From Vicugna vicugna (Eukaryota): 64,000 nt of DNA. Of the stretch, positions 63,976 through 64,000 are shown piece after piece. The first letter of the stretch is position 1. Each line of letters starts with the position of its first letter. The stretch covers positions 4,649,146 through 4,713,145 of the forward strand of contig MU061579.1 of NCBI GenBank assembly GCA_013265495.1, in the 5' to 3' direction. The notes under the pieces were generated by a model that did not search any database, was not told where the DNA came from, and was given only the letters and a program-made list of their open reading frames with translations. The position numbers were made by a program, and so were the translations under genes.

Positions 63976-64000
63976 AAAAGACAGGATTTCTGGTGTAAGA

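Overview
AT-rich, CpG-poor mammalian genomic DNA, most likely camelid (alpaca/llama/camel). That call rests on two copies of a short tRNA-derived SINE and young L1 3' ends that resemble camelid families as I recall them; no search was run. I recognise no protein-coding gene, RNA gene, CRISPR array or prokaryotic system. The six-frame ORFs are chance ORFs or transposon fossils (L1 ORF1/ORF2, Tigger7 transposase). The window reads as intergenic or deep-intronic DNA layered with transposable elements: old MIR/L2/HAL1/L1M, Tigger and hAT DNA transposons, MaLR and ERVL remnants, many ERV1-type solo LTRs, and young SINE/L1 insertions. Items most worth follow-up: (1) a possible LTR-initiated spliced transcript at 57.3-58.8 kb; (2) an L1 insertion with a 17-bp TSD that encloses non-L1 sequence (17.1-17.6 kb); (3) a young solo LTR with a perfect TSD and a tandem duplication of its own 5' terminus (54.25 kb); (4) a strong splice acceptor followed by a signal-peptide-like ORF (38.2 kb); (5) several repeat-free, motif-rich candidate enhancers. 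I found no convincing novel biological system. Repeat family names come from recalled consensus sequences, and boundaries are approximate unless a TSD or TIR is quoted.
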